Positions 60,430-64,000 of a DNA stretch of 64,000 nucleotides are shown one piece after another. The position numbers and the translations under genes are program-made. The notes under the pieces are model-generated. The model did not search any database. It was given only the letters and a program-made list of their open reading frames with translations, and was not told the DNA's origin. Numbering within the stretch: the stretch's first letter is position 1; the number at the start of each line of letters is the position of its first letter. The DNA comes from Haliotis cracherodii (taxonomy: Eukaryota): contig NW_027266274.1 of the NCBI RefSeq assembly GCF_022045235.1, forward strand, positions 10,974,001 through 11,038,000, given 5' to 3'.

Positions 60430-63235
60430 TACATCGTACCCCAGCTGGATTAACACCATCCCTCTGGCTACTGGTGATTGTTGGTAAGTGTAAGCCAAAG
60501 CATTAAAAAACAACAATTAAAATCCAAGAAAATGAAATATACTTTAAATGACTTACGTACCCTCTCAGTTGGACAATTATTTGACGTTACTTCAACCCCA
60601 TTTGATGGTACAGCCACCAACAATCACAGTTATATAATCATTTTACCAAATTAAAATCACAAAATTTTTACAAAACATGTTATCAAAATTTGTCTATTGA
60701 ATCAATTTTTTAAAAGAACCAAGACTTAAATGAGTACATTTCTGATAAAAAATATCCTTGATGGATGAAACCTGGAAATAATAAGTATCCCTTGTGGTAG
60801 AAAAATCAATACAGGACATGCTTGACTGTGATTTTTTCATCACCAGGGACACAGAATGGAGGATCTTCACCTTTAATAAATTTTCATGTGTATAACGCGA
60901 ATGGCCAATACGAAATCGTCGTATCATGATTTCTTCAAATCTGGACTACCCAAGTAGGTGTAACCGATAGTTGGTTTTATTGCATTAATTTAATAGTACC
61001 TACTTGGGTGTCCCACTTCTTTTGCATTAGGTTTTTGATATAGCATCTAATCAAAGGTTTGTAGTCACTGTATGGTACCAGAAGTGGTGTCACAGATCTG
61101 TTGAGAGCTGCCTTTGCTGCAGCATCAGCGATAGTGTGATTCCAACATGTCTGGGCAACCAGCAAAAGACGATGTCGTATTGGCCAGTAGCAAGGTCATT
61201 GTACAGTCCTAAAATATCTAAAATGAATGGATGACTCGTACAGCTAGATTTTATTGACTGTAGACACGATAATGAATCTGAAAATATGGTGAACTGTTTA
61301 CAGATGACTGTTTTTGGATATATTCCAAAGCAGTTTATATTGCTTTGGCTTCAGCAGTAAAAAATTGAGCTGTGGTCTGGTAATCGGGATGATACTGTTT
61401 TTGAACCAATGACGGCAGCACTGGCGACTGTGCTGCCATCCTTGGATCCATCTGTAAAAATGGAACGATGGGATTCATATTTTTTTCTAATTTGTATATA
61501 TTCGTGTTGATATATTGATTGATTTGTGTCTGATTTATTAAATTGTGAAGGGTAAAGTCTACTTCCGGTCTGATCAGTTGCCAATGAGGAGAAGACAATA
61601 TCCTGAAAGGAGAAATATTATCTAAATCAATACTGGCAGCTGTAATATGACGTATAATCCGAATGCCTAGTGGTGGAACCAGCTTAGGCTTCATGTGAAA
61701 AAGGTCTTTGTAAAAGGATTGAAAAATACAGTTGTATGCAGGTTTTAATGGGTTAGAAAGTAATTCTGTAATGTATGCAGCTATAATTTGATACGCTGTT
61801 GCTTCAAAGATGGTTCATCAGCTTCTACATATAGGCTATTGAAGGGAGATGTTTGAAATGCGCAAAGACATAGTCTTAGGCCCTGATGGTGAATTGAATC
61901 TAATTTTTGTAAATTGCTCTTACAGTCACCACCATAAACGAAGGACCCATAATCTAATTTAAAGTGGATCTGAGACCTATACAAGTGGAGGAGGGTTGTC
62001 TGTTCACCTCGGCCACTTTGTATTGGCAACAACTTTCAACAAATCTAGAGCCTTGGGGCATTTGGTTTTTCGGCTTAAAAGTAAAATGGTGATCGAAAAT
62101 GAGACCGAGGAACTTGGCCTCTTCTACAATCTTGATAGGGGTGCCATGTAAAAATTACTCTGGATCTTTGTGGTGCTTGTATGTCCTACAGAAATGAATA
62201 CAATTGGTCTTAGCTTTTGAAAACTTAAAACCATTTTCAAGACACCATTTTTCGATTTTGTTGAAACATAGCTGCAACTGTCTTTCGATGCTATGCATAT
62301 TTTAGCCACGACATGAAATATTAAAATCGTCCACACAGGTAAACCATCAATGGAATCATTTAAAACATTTGACAGACTATCAATCTTTATACTAAACAGA
62401 GTTACAGACAAAATACTGCCGTGTGGGACACTCTAAACATGATTATAATGGTAAGACAGGGTGGAACCCACACAAACCTGAAATTGTCGGTCTCTTAAAA
62501 ATTGGGATATAAGTTGAGGCATACGACCTCTTAACCCCAAACATATAGATCTTTCAAAATACCATGCTTCCATGTGGTATCATACGCTTTTACTAAATAA
62601 AAAAATATTGATACTGCATGCTGATTTTTTACAACTGCATTTCTGCTTAAACAAACAGGATGGTCAATGGTACTTTTATTTTGACGGAAACAACATTGTA
62701 TATTACTTAGGAGATTTGTTGGTTTCCAAGTACCACACCAGTCGATTGTTTACCATTTGCCATGGTTTTGCCTACACAGCTGGTTAGTGATATTGGTCTA
62801 TAATTAGATGCATCAGTATGGTCCATACCAGGTTTAGGTATGGGAACAACTATTGGTAACAGTGCTGAACACATCAGGTTTTAATTGATCGGTACAGAGT
62901 TCCTGAAAGGAAGGCCAGTTGGCCTTGGTAAAACTCCACCTTGATGTAGGTGGAACATCAGGTGGATTATTTGCTGTTAATATTGAAGGAAAATGGTCGC
63001 TTCCACACGTCATCATGGACCAACCATGGACATTCGTTTAATAAATTTGAATCTGCTTGTGGCAGATCTAAAACGTAATAGGTTCCAGTAGCAGGATGTA
63101 AATATGTATTTGATCCATCATTGAAAATGCATAAATTGTTATTGGAAATAAAATCTTCATGTACTTTTCCCTTCGGATTAACGTTAACACTTCCCCATAG
63201 TGGATTATGACCGTTTAAATTAACAGGGCGGTTGA
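60430..63235 (-). mobile_element. Decayed I-superfamily LINE ORF2 (APE endonuclease, RT, RNase H) and part of the 3' UTR
   Basis: LNGHNPLWGS, TYLHPATG, GSDHFP; VPHGSILSVTLFSIKI; KLDYGSFVYG, IHHQGLRLC; IFTDGSK; IADAAAKAA. Confidence 0.88.
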
Positions 63236-63296
63236 TCACTCCCTGCTTCACGAAAACAGTAGATCCTCCAGGAGCTTTAACACCTGGTGGAGAAAA

Positions 63297-63548
63297 TGAG
63301 TGAGTGAGTGAGTGAGTGAGTGAGTTGGGTTTAACGCTGCTTTTAACAATATTCCAGTTATATCGCGACGTGTCAGCTTAAAGTGGGAGGAAAGCCCGAC
63401 GTAATGCAGGTCGCTGACGTTTACCACTTCGGTGAAACCCACGAGCACGGATATGGTGCTTACAAACCTAGAAACATAATCGGGGCGAACCGGGATTCGA
63501 ACCCACAATCATAGGTTTCTGACGTGCCCAAGGGATGTAACTCTGCAC
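63297..63548 (-). mobile_element. SINE family B, 5'-truncated
   Basis: Match to 54860-55125. Confidence 0.85.
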
Positions 63549-63730
63549 GTTTTGTTGTTGTTTTGTTTGTTTTGATGTTGTTGTTTGGTTGTTGTTGTTG
63601 TTGTTGTTGTTTTTTTGGGGGGGGGCAATGTGAGTTTGTGGAAGGTTCACCATACCAGCTCCACACCCACCATAAAGTTTTGGAATTTATGTCACAAGCT
63701 GTATTGACATTTTCGATTCTTCATCAAACT

Positions 63731-64000
63731 GACCGCCTCCGTGGTCTAGTGGTAGAGCGTCCGACCGGAGAGCAGAAGGTCCGGGGTTCGATCCCCGACC
63801 GCATCATACCAAAAGACGTTAAAATAAGGTACTTGTTGGTATCCTGTCTGGCGCTCGGCATTTAGGGGCTAAAACAAGGACTGGTCGGCTCGGAGTCAGT
63901 ATACTGTGTCTGAGTGGGGTATTCATGTTAAACTGCGGCATGGTATCTCAGTGACCTAGCACTATAAATCGGCATCAGTCCGGACTAGTACAAGCAGCCA
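63731..64000 (+). mobile_element. SINE family D (tRNA head), runs off the window end
   Basis: A box TGGTCTAGTGG, B box GGTTCGATCCC; body shared with the 6645-7030 and 31737-32083 copies. Confidence 0.85.

Overview
Repeat-rich, AT-rich eukaryotic DNA, most likely from a gastropod mollusc (abalone-like). This rests on recalled mollusc/lophotrochozoan microRNA sequences and on SINE families with (ACTC)n tails. Two assembly gaps lie at 22649-22800 and 50195-50336. Host genes: (i) a minus-strand microRNA cluster, miR-1990 followed by two diverged miR-1986 hairpins, with a candidate TATA/Inr promoter and spliced first exon about 1.5 kb upstream; (ii) one intact 3-exon secreted PAN-EB-PAN protein gene (41841-46689, 290 aa) with a trinucleotide-derived Pro/Thr tract inside its first PAN domain. 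Mobile DNA: a decayed DIRS/Ngaro-type tyrosine-recombinase retrotransposon with an extra SGNH-hydrolase ORF behind a splice acceptor; a DD34E Tc1 element; RNase H-bearing I-superfamily LINE fragments; L1/Tx1, CR1-like and Penelope fragments; tandem and inverted minimal hammerhead-ribozyme repeats; MITEs; and four SINE families sharing the LINE 3' tail. One SINE family has a non-tRNA head that can fold into a pseudoknot and has a fixed 5' end, making it a candidate structured or catalytic RNA. Large minisatellites (39, 45, 55 and 41 bp units) account for most of the long ORFs in the ORF track. Family names and miRNA identities are from memory and need database confirmation.
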